Source: an uncultured delta proteobacterium (GTDB taxonomy: Bacteria; Desulfobacterota; Binatia; Binatales; Binataceae). Taken from it: a stretch of DNA of 64,000 nucleotides. The translations under genes were made by a program, and so were the position numbers. The DNA lies in the NCBI GenBank assembly GCA_963724765.1, contig CAVRVY010000003.1, forward strand, positions 1,248,001 through 1,312,000, in the 5' to 3' direction. The notes below the pieces were generated by a model. That model had not been told where the DNA came from and did not search any database. It saw only the letters and a list, made by a program, of their open reading frames with translations. Every line of letters starts with the position of its first letter. Position 1 is the first letter of the stretch. Below, one piece after another: positions 22,492 through 32,148 of the stretch.

Positions 22492-23430
22492 CTACTTCTT
22501 AAGCGCGGCCTTGAGCGCAGCGCCCATGTCCGCGATTGACTTGCGCGCCTCGTCCAGCACCGCCGCCATCAGCACGAAGCCGTGCGTCACGCCCTCGTAG
22601 CGGACGCACTCGGTCTTGACGCCGGCCTCCTGCAAGCGTGCCGCGTAGGTTTCACCCTCGTCGCGCAGCGGGTCGAGGCCCGCCGTCACCACCAGAGCCG
22701 GCGGCAATCCGCGCAGGCTGCCGGCCTCGGCCGGGCACGCGTACGGGTTGGTCTTGTCCTTGTCGCCGTTGAGGTAGTGGCCCCAGAACCAGACCATGTC
22801 CTTCTTGGAGAGGATGTAGCCGTCGTCCTGGAACTGCTGTTGCGAGGGCGTGTCGAGACCCGCGTCGGTCGCGGGATAAATCAGGAGCTGGAAGGCTATT
22901 TTCGGACCGCCGCGATCGCGCGCCATCAGCGCGACCACCGCGGCGAGATTTCCGCCCGCGCTGTCGCCGCCGACCGCCACACGCGCCGGGTCGCCGCCGA
23001 TCGACGCGGCATTCTTCGCAACCCAGTCGGTCGCGGCATAACAGTCTTCCGGACCGGCGGGAAATTTGTGCTCCGGCGCGAGCCGGTAATCGACCGAGAC
23101 CGTCACGCATCCCGAGGCGTTGCAGAGCGAACGGCAGAACGTGTCCCACGATTCGATCGTGCCGACCGTCCATCCGCCGCCGTGAAAGTAGACCAGGATG
23201 GGGAATGGTGCGCTGCCCTGGGGCGTATAGATTTGCACCGGGATTTGTCCGCCCGGCCCGGGGATGTTGCGTTTCTCGGACTTGGCCACTTTTTCGGGCG
23301 CGCTGTTGAAGGGTTCCAGCAGCGCCGCGATTCCCTGACGCGCCTCAGCCGGCGTCATCGAATGAAACGGCTTGGCGCCGGAGGCGGCGGCCTGGTCCAG
23401 AATCGCTTTCATTTGGGGATGTAGCTGCAT
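22492..23430 (-). CDS. HSL-family alpha/beta hydrolase (paralog of neighbour)
   Basis: HGGGW, VDYRLAPEHKFP, GDSAGG, DPLRDEG, HGF; AAGGAG RBS. Confidence 0.94.
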   Translation of the reverse strand: MQLHPQMKAILDQAAASGAKPFHSMTPAEARQGIAALLEPFNSAPEKVAKSEKRNIPGPGGQIPVQIYTPQGSAPFPILVYFHGGGWTVGTIESWDTFCRSLCNASGCVTVSVDYRLAPEHKFPAGPEDCYAATDWVAKNAASIGGDPARVAVGGDSAGGNLAAVVALMARDRGGPKIAFQLLIYPATDAGLDTPSQQQFQDDGYILSKKDMVWFWGHYLNGDKDKTNPYACPAEAGSLRGLPPALVVTAGLDPLRDEGETYAARLQEAGVKTECVRYEGVTHGFVLMAAVLDEARKSIADMGAALKAALKK

Positions 23431-23546
23431 AAGACCAGCTCCTTAATGTGAAGTCCCGCGCGTTTGGGAACTAGCGCGAACGCGAGGATAGCGCAACTCG
23501 TGCGCACGGCCCAAGCGACGCGCTCGCGGTTGCTGCGGCCGCGTCG

Positions 23547-25067
23547 CTAGCGCCGCCAGGCGAGCAGCCGCGTAAGCAGGCGCTTGCGCGACGCGGTCAG
23601 CCGCGTGCGATTGTAGGAGTCGGCGATCTTTTTGATCGCCTCGGCCTGCGTCGGATAGGGGTGAATTACGCTCGCGATTCGTCCGAGTCCGATTCCGGCG
23701 GCGATAGCGAGCGTCAACTCCGAAATGATCTCGCCGGCGTGGGCCGCGACGATCGTTGCGCCAACGATTTGGTCGCCGCCTTCGCGCACATGGATTTTGA
23801 CCACGCCCGCGGCCTCGCCGTCGAGCACCGCGCGATCCACCGCGCTCATCTGCTGCACGAACGTCCGTATCGCGACGCCGCGCGCGGCGGCCTCGGTTTC
23901 GCCGAGCCCGACATGGGCGATTTCCGGGTCGGTATAGATGCACCAGGGAATCGTGAGGCGGCTTGCGCGGTCGCGTCCGAAGAACAGCGCGTTGCGAATC
24001 ACGATACGGGCATACGCGTCGCTCAGATGCGTGAACTGGAGCGCCGAGCATACGTCGCCTGCCGCGAAGACGTGCGGGTTGCTGGTTTGCAGATAATCGT
24101 CGACCCGCACGCCGCTTTTGCGATCGTACTCCACGCCGGCGGCCTCCAGGCCGATTTCCTCCACGTTGGGCGCGCGCCCCGCGGTCACCAAAATTTCGTC
24201 GAATTCGATCTCACGATACGCGCCGCGATGTTCCAGGCGCACGATTCGGCCCGCCGCGCCCGGTCCGACGCTTGCGACCCTGCATCCGGTGAGCAGCTCG
24301 ACGCCGTCGCCCATGATTGCGCGTTCGACGATCGCCGCCGCGTCGCGATCTTCGCGCGGCAGGATCTGCGCCAACGCCTCCAGCAGCCACACTTCCGAGC
24401 CGAAGCGCCGGAACGCCTGCGCCAGCTCGCATCCGATCGGCCCCGCGCCAATTACCGCGAGCCGCCGCGGCAACCCGGTCAGCGAGAAGACCGTCTCGTT
24501 GGTGAGGAACCCCGTCTCGGCGAGCCCTGGAATCGGCGGCGCGGCCGGACGCGCGCCGGTTGCGATCAACGCGCGGCTGAAGTTCAGCCGCTGGCCATCC
24601 ACTTCGACCGCGTCGCGTCCCACGAAGCGCCCTTCGCCGAGAAAAACGTCGACGCCGAGGCCCTTGAAGCGCGCGGCCGAATCGTTCGCGCTCAATTCCG
24701 CGCGCAGCCGGCGCATCCGTTCCATCACTGCGCCGAATTCCACCTCCGCTGGCGCCTTCGACGCGATGCCATAGATCGCCGCACGATTGATCGCGGCGCA
24801 CACACGCGATGCGCGAATCAGCGCCTTCGACGGGACGCATCCGAAGTTCAGACAATCGCCGCCCATCAAGCGGCGCTCGACCAGCGCGACCCGCGCGCCC
24901 AGCCCCGCCGCGCCTGCCGCGGCCACCAGCCCTGCCGTGCCGGCGCCGATCACCACCAGGTTGTAGCGCGCCGCCGGTCGGGGATTGATCCAGCCCTCGG
25001 GATGGACGTTGGCGAGAAGCTGCGCGTCGTACTCGTCCGGTGCCGCGAGGCGCGATGCGTCCGCCAT
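23547..25067 (-). CDS. Pyridine nucleotide-disulfide oxidoreductase (MerA/LpdA-like)
   Basis: GAGTAG FAD motif, GGDCLNFGCVPSK redox disulfide, GAGPIG, HPYPTQAE; no C-terminal Cys-Cys. Confidence 0.9.
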   Translation of the reverse strand: MADASRLAAPDEYDAQLLANVHPEGWINPRPAARYNLVVIGAGTAGLVAAAGAAGLGARVALVERRLMGGDCLNFGCVPSKALIRASRVCAAINRAAIYGIASKAPAEVEFGAVMERMRRLRAELSANDSAARFKGLGVDVFLGEGRFVGRDAVEVDGQRLNFSRALIATGARPAAPPIPGLAETGFLTNETVFSLTGLPRRLAVIGAGPIGCELAQAFRRFGSEVWLLEALAQILPREDRDAAAIVERAIMGDGVELLTGCRVASVGPGAAGRIVRLEHRGAYREIEFDEILVTAGRAPNVEEIGLEAAGVEYDRKSGVRVDDYLQTSNPHVFAAGDVCSALQFTHLSDAYARIVIRNALFFGRDRASRLTIPWCIYTDPEIAHVGLGETEAAARGVAIRTFVQQMSAVDRAVLDGEAAGVVKIHVREGGDQIVGATIVAAHAGEIISELTLAIAAGIGLGRIASVIHPYPTQAEAIKKIADSYNRTRLTASRKRLLTRLLAWRR

Positions 25068-25073
25068 CGCGGC

Positions 25074-25412
25074 TCACTCCGAGCGTTTGAAACTATACTC
25101 GTGGATGGGCTTGCAGACGACGACTTCGTATTCGGTATAGAAGAGTTCGCGGCCGCGGGCCTGCGCCTTGCGATGCTCCGGATGCTCTCGCCACTGAGCC
25201 AGCGCCTCAACCGAAGCCCATTCGGTGACGCCGATAAACTCACCGTCGGGGTGTTTGTACTCGCGAAACGAAATGAATCCTGGCATCGCGGTCGCGATTT
25301 CCATCATGCGCGCGCCAGTGGTGGTGTATTCTTCCCACTGCGCCGGGCTGACCTGTTTCCTGCGGAAGCGAAAGATGCTGATGACGCGATCGGGGTTCTT
25401 TTGTTCCGCCAT
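25074..25412 (-). CDS. ABM (antibiotic biosynthesis monooxygenase) family protein
   Basis: MPGFISF...EWASVEALAQWREHPEHRKAQARGR signature; GAGGAG RBS. Confidence 0.85.
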   Translation of the reverse strand: MAEQKNPDRVISIFRFRRKQVSPAQWEEYTTTGARMMEIATAMPGFISFREYKHPDGEFIGVTEWASVEALAQWREHPEHRKAQARGRELFYTEYEVVVCKPIHEYSFKRSE

Positions 25413-25449
25413 CGCTATTTTCTCCTCATCATGGAGATCGCTGGTTTGG

Positions 25450-26607
25450 TTACTCGCGCGCATCGAGGCCCATTCGGCGCGCGATGATCACCTTCATGAT
25501 TTCATTGGTGCCGGCATAGATCGATTGCACTGCCGCGTCGGCGTAGTCGGTCGCCACCGGAAACTCCATCATGAAGCCGTAGCCGCCGTGCAGTTGCAGG
25601 CACTGGCTCGACACGCGCTTGAGCAGTTCGGTTACCCACCATTTCGCCATGCTGACCTCGGTTACGAGTTCGTCGCCGCGCACGTGCGCTGCGAGCACGC
25701 GGTCGACGAAGGCCTGGCCGACCTCGACCTCGGTCATCATCTCGGCGAGCTTGAACTGGGTGTTCTGAAACGAGGCGATGGGCTGGCCGAAGGCCTTGCG
25801 ATTGCGGGTGTACTCGATGGTGTCCTCGAGGCAACGCCGCGCGCTGGTAATCGCGCCGACCGCGGTGACCAGCCGCTCCTGCTGGAGCTTGTCCATCAGC
25901 ATCTTGAACCCCGCGCCCTCGCGGCCGAGCAGGTTGCTCACCGGTACGCGGCAATCCTCGAAGAACAGCTCGCTGGTGTCCTGGCCACGAAAGCCGAGCT
26001 TATCGAGCTTGCGGCCGCGCACGAAACCGGGCGCGTCAGCTTCGACCAGGATGAGGCTGACGCCGCGATGCGGCGGGTCGGCCTTGGGATCGGTCTTGAC
26101 CACCACGACAAAGAGATCGGCAATCTGGCCGTTGGAAATGAAGATCTTGGAGCCGTTGATGACATAGCTGTCGCCGTCGCGACGCGCGGTGGTCTGGACC
26201 GCGGCGAGGTCGGAGCCGGTGCCCGGCTCGGTCATCGCGATTCCCAGGATTACGTCGCCGCTGATCGCGCCCGGAACCCAGCGCCGCTTCTGCTCCTCGC
26301 TGCCGAAGCTCACCAGGTAGGGCAGGCAGATGTCCGAGTGCAGCCCCATCATCAGACCGTGCGCGCGCACGCGCGCCAGCTCTTCGATCACGATCGCGTC
26401 GTAGATGAAGTCGACGCCGGCGCCGCCGTACTCGGCCGGCGCATTGGGTGCGAGAAATCCGGCGGCGCCCAGCTTGCGCCAACTTTCGCGGTCGCTCATC
26501 CCAGCGCGGTTCCATCCGTCGATCTTCGGCACCAGTTCGGTCTCGACGAAGCGGCGCACTTGCGCCCGGAACATCTCGTGCTCTTCGGTGAAAATGTCGC
26601 GTCGCAT
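25450..26607 (-). CDS. Acyl-CoA dehydrogenase (long-chain type)
   Basis: IAMTEPGTGSDL, NGSKIFISNG, DTSELFF, CLQLHGGYGF, IYAGTNEIMK. Confidence 0.94.
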   Translation of the reverse strand: MRRDIFTEEHEMFRAQVRRFVETELVPKIDGWNRAGMSDRESWRKLGAAGFLAPNAPAEYGGAGVDFIYDAIVIEELARVRAHGLMMGLHSDICLPYLVSFGSEEQKRRWVPGAISGDVILGIAMTEPGTGSDLAAVQTTARRDGDSYVINGSKIFISNGQIADLFVVVVKTDPKADPPHRGVSLILVEADAPGFVRGRKLDKLGFRGQDTSELFFEDCRVPVSNLLGREGAGFKMLMDKLQQERLVTAVGAITSARRCLEDTIEYTRNRKAFGQPIASFQNTQFKLAEMMTEVEVGQAFVDRVLAAHVRGDELVTEVSMAKWWVTELLKRVSSQCLQLHGGYGFMMEFPVATDYADAAVQSIYAGTNEIMKVIIARRMGLDARE

Positions 26608-26779
26608 AGAGGATTGGCCTCGGGGCAAATCCTTACACGGACGCGCCAGTGTTCCAACCGGAGCGCCACCACGGTCCGGCAACCCGAAAGGCGCTAAATG
26701 AGGGTTTGTGCGCGAGGAAGCCGGCGCGCTACATAGGATCAAACAGATCAAACGGCTGCCGGCATATCGGAGGATACAG

Positions 26780-27385
26780 ATGCTCAAACTTTACGGCACA
26801 TCCAAGTCGCGTTCGGCCCGCTCTTTGTGGGCGCTTGAGGAGTTGGGACTCAAGTACGAGCACGTTCCGGTCGAAACGACCAAGACCAAGACGCCCGAGC
26901 ACTTGAGACTCAATCCCAACGGACACGTCCCGGTGCTCGAAGACGACGGGAAGATCTTCTGGGAATCGATGGCGATTAACTTGTACCTCGCGGCCAAGTA
27001 CGGCAAGGCGCCGCTGTGGCCGGAGTCGCACGAGGACCGCGGCCACGCGGCCCAGTGGAGTTTCTGGGGAATGACCGAGGCCGAGCCGCATCTGATAGCC
27101 ATCCTGCGCCACCGGATGCTGCTGCCGCCCGATCAGCGTAACGAGCAGGCGGCGGTGGCGGCAGTCGCGGCGATGCAAGGGCCGCTGACGGTGCTCGACG
27201 GAGCGCTTAAGGGGCGCGACTATCTGCTCGGCAAGGACTTTACGATCGCAGACCTCAACCTGTCGTCGATAATGAGCTTCGCGATGCTCGCCAAGATTGA
27301 TATGACGGCGACGCCGGCCGCGCAGACGTGGATGCAGAAATGCCTCGGACGCGAGGCGTTCAAGAAAGCTCGCAGTCTGCCATAG
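26780..27385 (+). CDS. Glutathione S-transferase family protein
   Basis: LNPNGHVPVL, WESMAINLYL, FTIADL; GGAGG RBS. Confidence 0.93.
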   Translation: MLKLYGTSKSRSARSLWALEELGLKYEHVPVETTKTKTPEHLRLNPNGHVPVLEDDGKIFWESMAINLYLAAKYGKAPLWPESHEDRGHAAQWSFWGMTEAEPHLIAILRHRMLLPPDQRNEQAAVAAVAAMQGPLTVLDGALKGRDYLLGKDFTIADLNLSSIMSFAMLAKIDMTATPAAQTWMQKCLGREAFKKARSLP

Positions 27386-27477
27386 GAATCGCAGTTTCCG
27401 CGGCGCCCGGCCGCCGGCGCTGACGCTTCAGCAACCGCGCCGTGCGATGCTGGAGGATTGAACAAGGGAGCTTGGTT

Positions 27478-27858
27478 ATGGAACGCGCTCATCTATTGGA
27501 TCTCACTCAACGCTTCGTCGATGCGTTCAACCGCAATGATCTGGACGGCGTGATGGCGTTTTTCGCCGAGGACGGGGTTTACGACGAGTTCAACGGCCAG
27601 CGCAACGTGGGCAAGGCGGCGATCCGTGCCGCCCTCGAGCCGCAATTCACCGGCGCCTTCGGTGAGATGAAGTTTCTCGACGAGGATATGTTTGTCGACC
27701 CCGACGCGGGTAAGGTGATGGCTAGTTGGCGCTGCACGCTGAGCATCAAGGGCGAGCCGACCTCGTGGCGCGGGCTCGACCTGATGCACTTCAAGAACGA
27801 CAAGCTGGTGCAGAAGCTCACTTACGCCAAGGCCAAGGTCCCGCTGTTCCAGAGCTGA
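27478..27858 (+). CDS. NTF2/SnoaL-like protein
   Basis: FVDAFNRNDLDGVMAFFAED...GKAAIRA...WRGLD pattern. Confidence 0.85.
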   Translation: MERAHLLDLTQRFVDAFNRNDLDGVMAFFAEDGVYDEFNGQRNVGKAAIRAALEPQFTGAFGEMKFLDEDMFVDPDAGKVMASWRCTLSIKGEPTSWRGLDLMHFKNDKLVQKLTYAKAKVPLFQS

Positions 27859-27920
27859 ATCGTGACGCGCACGTAGCGCGGGGCGCATTGGCGGTTCGCT
27901 TCTCAGCGTCTCTTCGCCGC

Positions 27921-28115
27921 TCACTCGGGCATGCGCTTATATAACCGGTGCTTTAATAACGCCAAAGAATCGAGTCCGTTAATAATGATGGCAGCCGTTT
28001 CCCCACTCGCACCGATGCCAATGCCAGTAGCCGGTTTCGTGAGCAGGAACATAGATAAGGACGATAGGAAGAACGATGCTACAAGCACCAACAGGAGACT
28101 CGAGATCTTTGCCAT
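27921..28115 (-). CDS. Small hydrophobic hypothetical protein (64 aa)
   Basis: GAGG RBS, MAKISSLLLVLVASFFLSSLSMFLL hydrophobic N-terminus, sigma54-type promoter just upstream; AT-richer than neighbours. Confidence 0.5.
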   Translation of the reverse strand: MAKISSLLLVLVASFFLSSLSMFLLTKPATGIGIGASGETAAIIINGLDSLALLKHRLYKRMPE

Positions 28116-28152
28116 AATCCTCACTCTCCGAAATTATTTTCCTAGCTGGATA

Positions 28153-28167
28153 GCTAATTTCGTGCCA
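28153..28167 (-). promoter_or_regulatory. Sigma54 (-24/-12) promoter
   Basis: Minus strand TGGCACGAAATTAGC: GG-N10-GC, one mismatch to TGGCACG-N4-TTGC; 37 nt upstream of ATG 28115. Confidence 0.65.
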
Positions 28168-28414
28168 CTGGCGTCTTTTTGTGATCCTTCATGTGCGAAG
28201 CATCTGAACAGGATGATCGGCTGCTCCTGGAGTGAGAAAGGACTGCTTCAAGCCTCTCGGGACGATCGTGCGCCACGCCAAGGCTTACCCTGAGTCCTGT
28301 AATTCTTTCCGCCGGCCAGGTGGCACCGCGTCCGCGAGCCTTTGACAGCCGCGAGCGATCCAGCTTGAGTACCAGTTGTCTTGAGCAGCAGTTAAGTCGC
28401 AGGAGGCGTTCGTC

Positions 28415-29593
28415 ATGGGAGTTTTGTCCGGCTATAAAATCGTCGAATTCGCGGGTATCGGCCCCGCACCGATGTGCGCGATGCTGCTCTCGGACATGGG
28501 AGCCGAGGTCCTGCGTTTGGACCGCGCCGAGGATGCGAACCTCGGAATCAGCACCGAGTCGAAGTACAATCTGCTTGGCCGCGGCCGCCGCTCGGTGGCG
28601 ATCGATCTCAAGCGCCGCGAGGGCACCGAACTCGCGCTCAAGCTGATCGAACGGGCCGACGCGTTACTCGAGGGATTCCGGCCCGGCGTGATGGAGCGTC
28701 TGGGACTCGGTCCCGACGTGTGCCAGGCGCGCAATCCGAAGCTGGTCTATGGGCGGATGACAGGCTGGGGACAGGACGGACCGCTAGCGCTCGCCGCCGG
28801 CCACGACATCAACTACATCGCGCTCACCGGCGCGCTGCATTCGATCGGACGGCGTGGCGAGGCGCCGGTGCCGCCGCTCAACCTGGTCGGCGATTTCGGC
28901 GGCGGCGGGGTGTATCTCGCGCTCGGAGTGGTGGCGGGATTGCTCGAAGCGCAGAAATCGGGCAAGGGCCAGGTGATCGACGTCGCGATGATCGACGGTG
29001 CGTCGTCGTTGATGGCCGGAATTTATGGCTTGCGCGGCGCTGGCGTGTGGAACGACAACCGCGGCGAGAACATCCTCGATACCGGCGCGCACTACTACAA
29101 CGTCTACGAGACCAGCGACGGCAAGTACGTCTCGATCGGTTCGATCGAGGGCAAGTTCTACGCCGAACTGCTGCGGCTCACCGGACTGGAGGGCGAGAAG
29201 CTGCCGCGCCAGAATGATCGCACGCAATGGCCCGCGTTCCAGGAACGGCTCGCGGCGGTGTTCAAGACCAAGACCCGCGACCAGTGGTGCGCGATCATGG
29301 AGGGCAGTGAAGTTTGCTTCGCGCCCGTGCTGACCATGATTGAGGCGCCGCAGCATTCGCACAACCGTCATCGCGGGACCTTCGTCGAGGTCGACGGGGT
29401 GGTGCAGCCGGCGCCGGCGCCGCGCTTCAGCCGCACGCCGAGCAAGATCCAGCGCCCGCCGGCACGCCCGGGCGAGCATACCGAAGAAGGGTTGCGAGAG
29501 TGGGGTTTCAGCGTCTCCGAGCTGGAGCAATTGCGCTCAAGCGGTGCGATCGGCGTCCGCAGCGCGGAGGCCAAGGCGGCGGCGGGACGTTAG
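28415..29593 (+). CDS. CaiB/BaiF family III CoA-transferase (alpha-methylacyl-CoA racemase-like)
   Basis: GIGPAPMC, EGFRPGVMERLGLGP, GHDINYIA, NLVGDFGGG, QPAPAPRFSRTP. Confidence 0.94.
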   Translation: MGVLSGYKIVEFAGIGPAPMCAMLLSDMGAEVLRLDRAEDANLGISTESKYNLLGRGRRSVAIDLKRREGTELALKLIERADALLEGFRPGVMERLGLGPDVCQARNPKLVYGRMTGWGQDGPLALAAGHDINYIALTGALHSIGRRGEAPVPPLNLVGDFGGGGVYLALGVVAGLLEAQKSGKGQVIDVAMIDGASSLMAGIYGLRGAGVWNDNRGENILDTGAHYYNVYETSDGKYVSIGSIEGKFYAELLRLTGLEGEKLPRQNDRTQWPAFQERLAAVFKTKTRDQWCAIMEGSEVCFAPVLTMIEAPQHSHNRHRGTFVEVDGVVQPAPAPRFSRTPSKIQRPPARPGEHTEEGLREWGFSVSELEQLRSSGAIGVRSAEAKAAAGR

Positions 29594-29654
29594 CGGCGGT
29601 CGCCCGATGCGGCGCCGTCGCAAGTAAGCTTGCCGGCCGTCCGGGGCGCTACCT

Positions 29655-30341
29655 TCATCGGGTTCGAAGCAACGCGGGCAAGTCGTAGCCGGCGAGGTCG
29701 CCGATCCGTTCGATGGTGATGTCGGGCGTCGGATAGCTCGCTACGTCGTCGGCGTGCGCATAGTGCCCCTGGCGCGGGAAGACCGTGGTCACGCGCTCGC
29801 CCAAGGCTTTTTTCACCGCCGCCAGGATTCGAACCTTGTCGTCGACCAGCACGTAGTGCGTCGCCGGGTAGCGGCGCTCGACGTCCTCGAGCTCCTGCTC
29901 CTTGTGGATGTAAATCAGCGCGCGCCCGTCGACCGCCTCGAACAGTCCCGAACGCCTGACCTTGCGCGGCTGGAACACCACGTCGCCGTCGGACAGGATG
30001 ACGGTCGGTCCAAAGGCGGCGAGATGCTCGATCACGTCGAGCGAGCCGGGATAGAGCCGGTTGGCGAACGGATAGTCGATCAGGTACGAGGAGACCTCGA
30101 ACAGATGGGTATCGTGGGGATGCTCGACGCGATAGCGCTGCAGGGCGCCCAGGTAGTCGGCGTATCCGAGTTCCTTTCGCAACTCTTCGAAGATCGCCCA
30201 ATAGCGCTCCTGCGGATCGGCGCCGACCTCGCGCGTCAGATGGCGCCTCAAGTCATCTGACACGCGGTCGTTGTCGAGCAGCGTGTTGTCGACGTCGAGC
30301 AGGAACACTACCGGGCTTGGGGACTTCGATGGCGGTGGCAT
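29655..30341 (-). CDS. HAD-superfamily hydrolase
   Basis: LDVDNTLLDND motif I, ILSDGD, LVDDK; GAGGAG RBS before MPPPSKSP. Confidence 0.88.
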   Translation of the reverse strand: MPPPSKSPSPVVFLLDVDNTLLDNDRVSDDLRRHLTREVGADPQERYWAIFEELRKELGYADYLGALQRYRVEHPHDTHLFEVSSYLIDYPFANRLYPGSLDVIEHLAAFGPTVILSDGDVVFQPRKVRRSGLFEAVDGRALIYIHKEQELEDVERRYPATHYVLVDDKVRILAAVKKALGERVTTVFPRQGHYAHADDVASYPTPDITIERIGDLAGYDLPALLRTR

Positions 30342-30541
30342 AACTCGACTCCTCGCTTGGGGGGGGGGCGGAATCGCGCCCGCTAATAAGATCGCAGGCG
30401 GCGGCGGCATCAACAAGCGTCCCGGCCCGTCCGCGGACGCTTCTCGCGCGCGCAAATTTGCGCTATCTGGCGTCATGGCCGTGGCCCGCAGGCGAGCGGC
30501 CCGCTCCAGCAGCAATTGAGAGCGTGCAACGGAGGTTCCGG

Positions 30542-32119
30542 ATGAAACGCGAGACATCCGAGACGGAAAGTGAGCGCCGATCCGCCCGGCCGTTCACCGG
30601 CAAGCAATTCCTGGAAAGCATCCGCGATTCGCGCGAGGTCTGGATTTATGGCGAGCGCGTCAAGGACGTGACCACGCATCCGGCGTTTCGCAACTCGGCG
30701 CGGATGCTGGCGCGGATGTACGACGCCCTGCATGATCCGCAAAAGAGCCCGGTGCTCACCGCGCCCACCGATACCGGCAACGGTGGTTTCACGCACAAGT
30801 TCTACAAGGTCCCGCGCACTGCGGAGGACCTGGTGGGCGCGCGCGACGCGATCGCCGAGTGGGCGAGAATCTCATACGGCTGGCTCGGACGGTCGCCCGA
30901 CTACAAGGCAAGCCTCACCGGTACGCTGGGAGCCAACGCGGAATTTTATGCGCCCTACCAGCAGAACGCGCTCCGCTGGTATCGCGAGGCGCAGGAAAAA
31001 TGCCTGTTCCTCAACCACGCTTTGGTTAATCCGCCGACCGACCGCAGCAAATCGCCCGACGAAGTGACCGACGTCTTCGCGCACGTCGAGAACGAAACCG
31101 ACGCCGGCGTGATCGTCAGCGGCGCCAAGGTCGTGGCGACCGGCTCGGCGCTCACCCATTACAATTTCATCGGCTTCTACGGCCCGACACCGCTCGGCAA
31201 GCCGGAGCTCGCGATTTTCGCGATGATTCCGATGGACACGCGCGGAGTCAAGCTCATCTGCCGTCCGTCGTACGAATTGATGGCGGCGACGATAGGCAGT
31301 CCGTTCGACTACCCGCTCTCCTCGCGCCTGGACGAGAACGACGCCGTCCTCATCCTCGACAAGGCGCTGGTGCCGTGGGAGAACCTCTTCGTTTACCGCG
31401 ACGTCGAAAAGGCCAACACCTTCTTTCCCCGCTCGGGCTTCATTCCCCGCTTCACGCTGCATGGATGCACCCGGCTTGCGGTGAAGCTCGATTTTCTGGC
31501 CGGCCTGATTCTCAAGGCGATCGACGCGATCGGCTCAAAAGAGCTGCGCTCGGCCCAGGTGCAGGCGGGCGAGGTACTGGCATGGCGCAACGTGTTCTGG
31601 GGGCTGACTGACGCGATGGCCAGGACGCCCGACCCGTGGGTGAACGGCACGGTCCTGCCCAAGGCCGAGTATGGGATGGCGTATCGCTTTCTTGCGACCA
31701 CCGCCTATCCGCGGATCAAGGAAATCGCCGAGCAGACCATCTCGAGCGGTCTCATCTATCTCAACTCTCACGCCGCCGATTTCAAGAATCCGGAATTGCG
31801 CCCGTATCTCGACAAATATCTGCGCGGCTCGAACGGTTACGACGCGCTCGAGCGGGTCAAGCTGCTCAAGGTCTTGTGGGACGCGATCGGAACCGAGTTC
31901 GGCGGACGCCACGAACTTTACGAGCGCAACTACGCCGGCAACTACGAGAACATCAGGCTCGAGAATCTGCCGATGGCGCTCGCCACCGGCCGTGCGGAGG
32001 AGCTGACCCGCTTCGTCGATCAATGCATGGCCGAGTACGATCTGGACGGATGGAAAGTGCCGGACCTGATCAATCCCACTGACGTGAACGTGATCATGAA
32101 GAAGCCGAAGCATGGATGA
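30542..32119 (+). CDS. hpaB: 4-hydroxyphenylacetate 3-monooxygenase-family oxygenase component (HpaB/PvcC-like)
   Basis: [49 protein letters not shown]; GGAGG RBS; substrate uncertain. Confidence 0.88.
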   Translation: MKRETSETESERRSARPFTGKQFLESIRDSREVWIYGERVKDVTTHPAFRNSARMLARMYDALHDPQKSPVLTAPTDTGNGGFTHKFYKVPRTAEDLVGARDAIAEWARISYGWLGRSPDYKASLTGTLGANAEFYAPYQQNALRWYREAQEKCLFLNHALVNPPTDRSKSPDEVTDVFAHVENETDAGVIVSGAKVVATGSALTHYNFIGFYGPTPLGKPELAIFAMIPMDTRGVKLICRPSYELMAATIGSPFDYPLSSRLDENDAVLILDKALVPWENLFVYRDVEKANTFFPRSGFIPRFTLHGCTRLAVKLDFLAGLILKAIDAIGSKELRSAQVQAGEVLAWRNVFWGLTDAMARTPDPWVNGTVLPKAEYGMAYRFLATTAYPRIKEIAEQTISSGLIYLNSHAADFKNPELRPYLDKYLRGSNGYDALERVKLLKVLWDAIGTEFGGRHELYERNYAGNYENIRLENLPMALATGRAEELTRFVDQCMAEYDLDGWKVPDLINPTDVNVIMKKPKHG

Positions 32120-32148
32120 AGCCGGCAGGTCGTGGCGGCAGCGCGGCG

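Noticed and set aside
23547-25067. merA / mercury resistance locus
   Set aside because: No C-terminal Cys-Cys and no merR/T/P nearby
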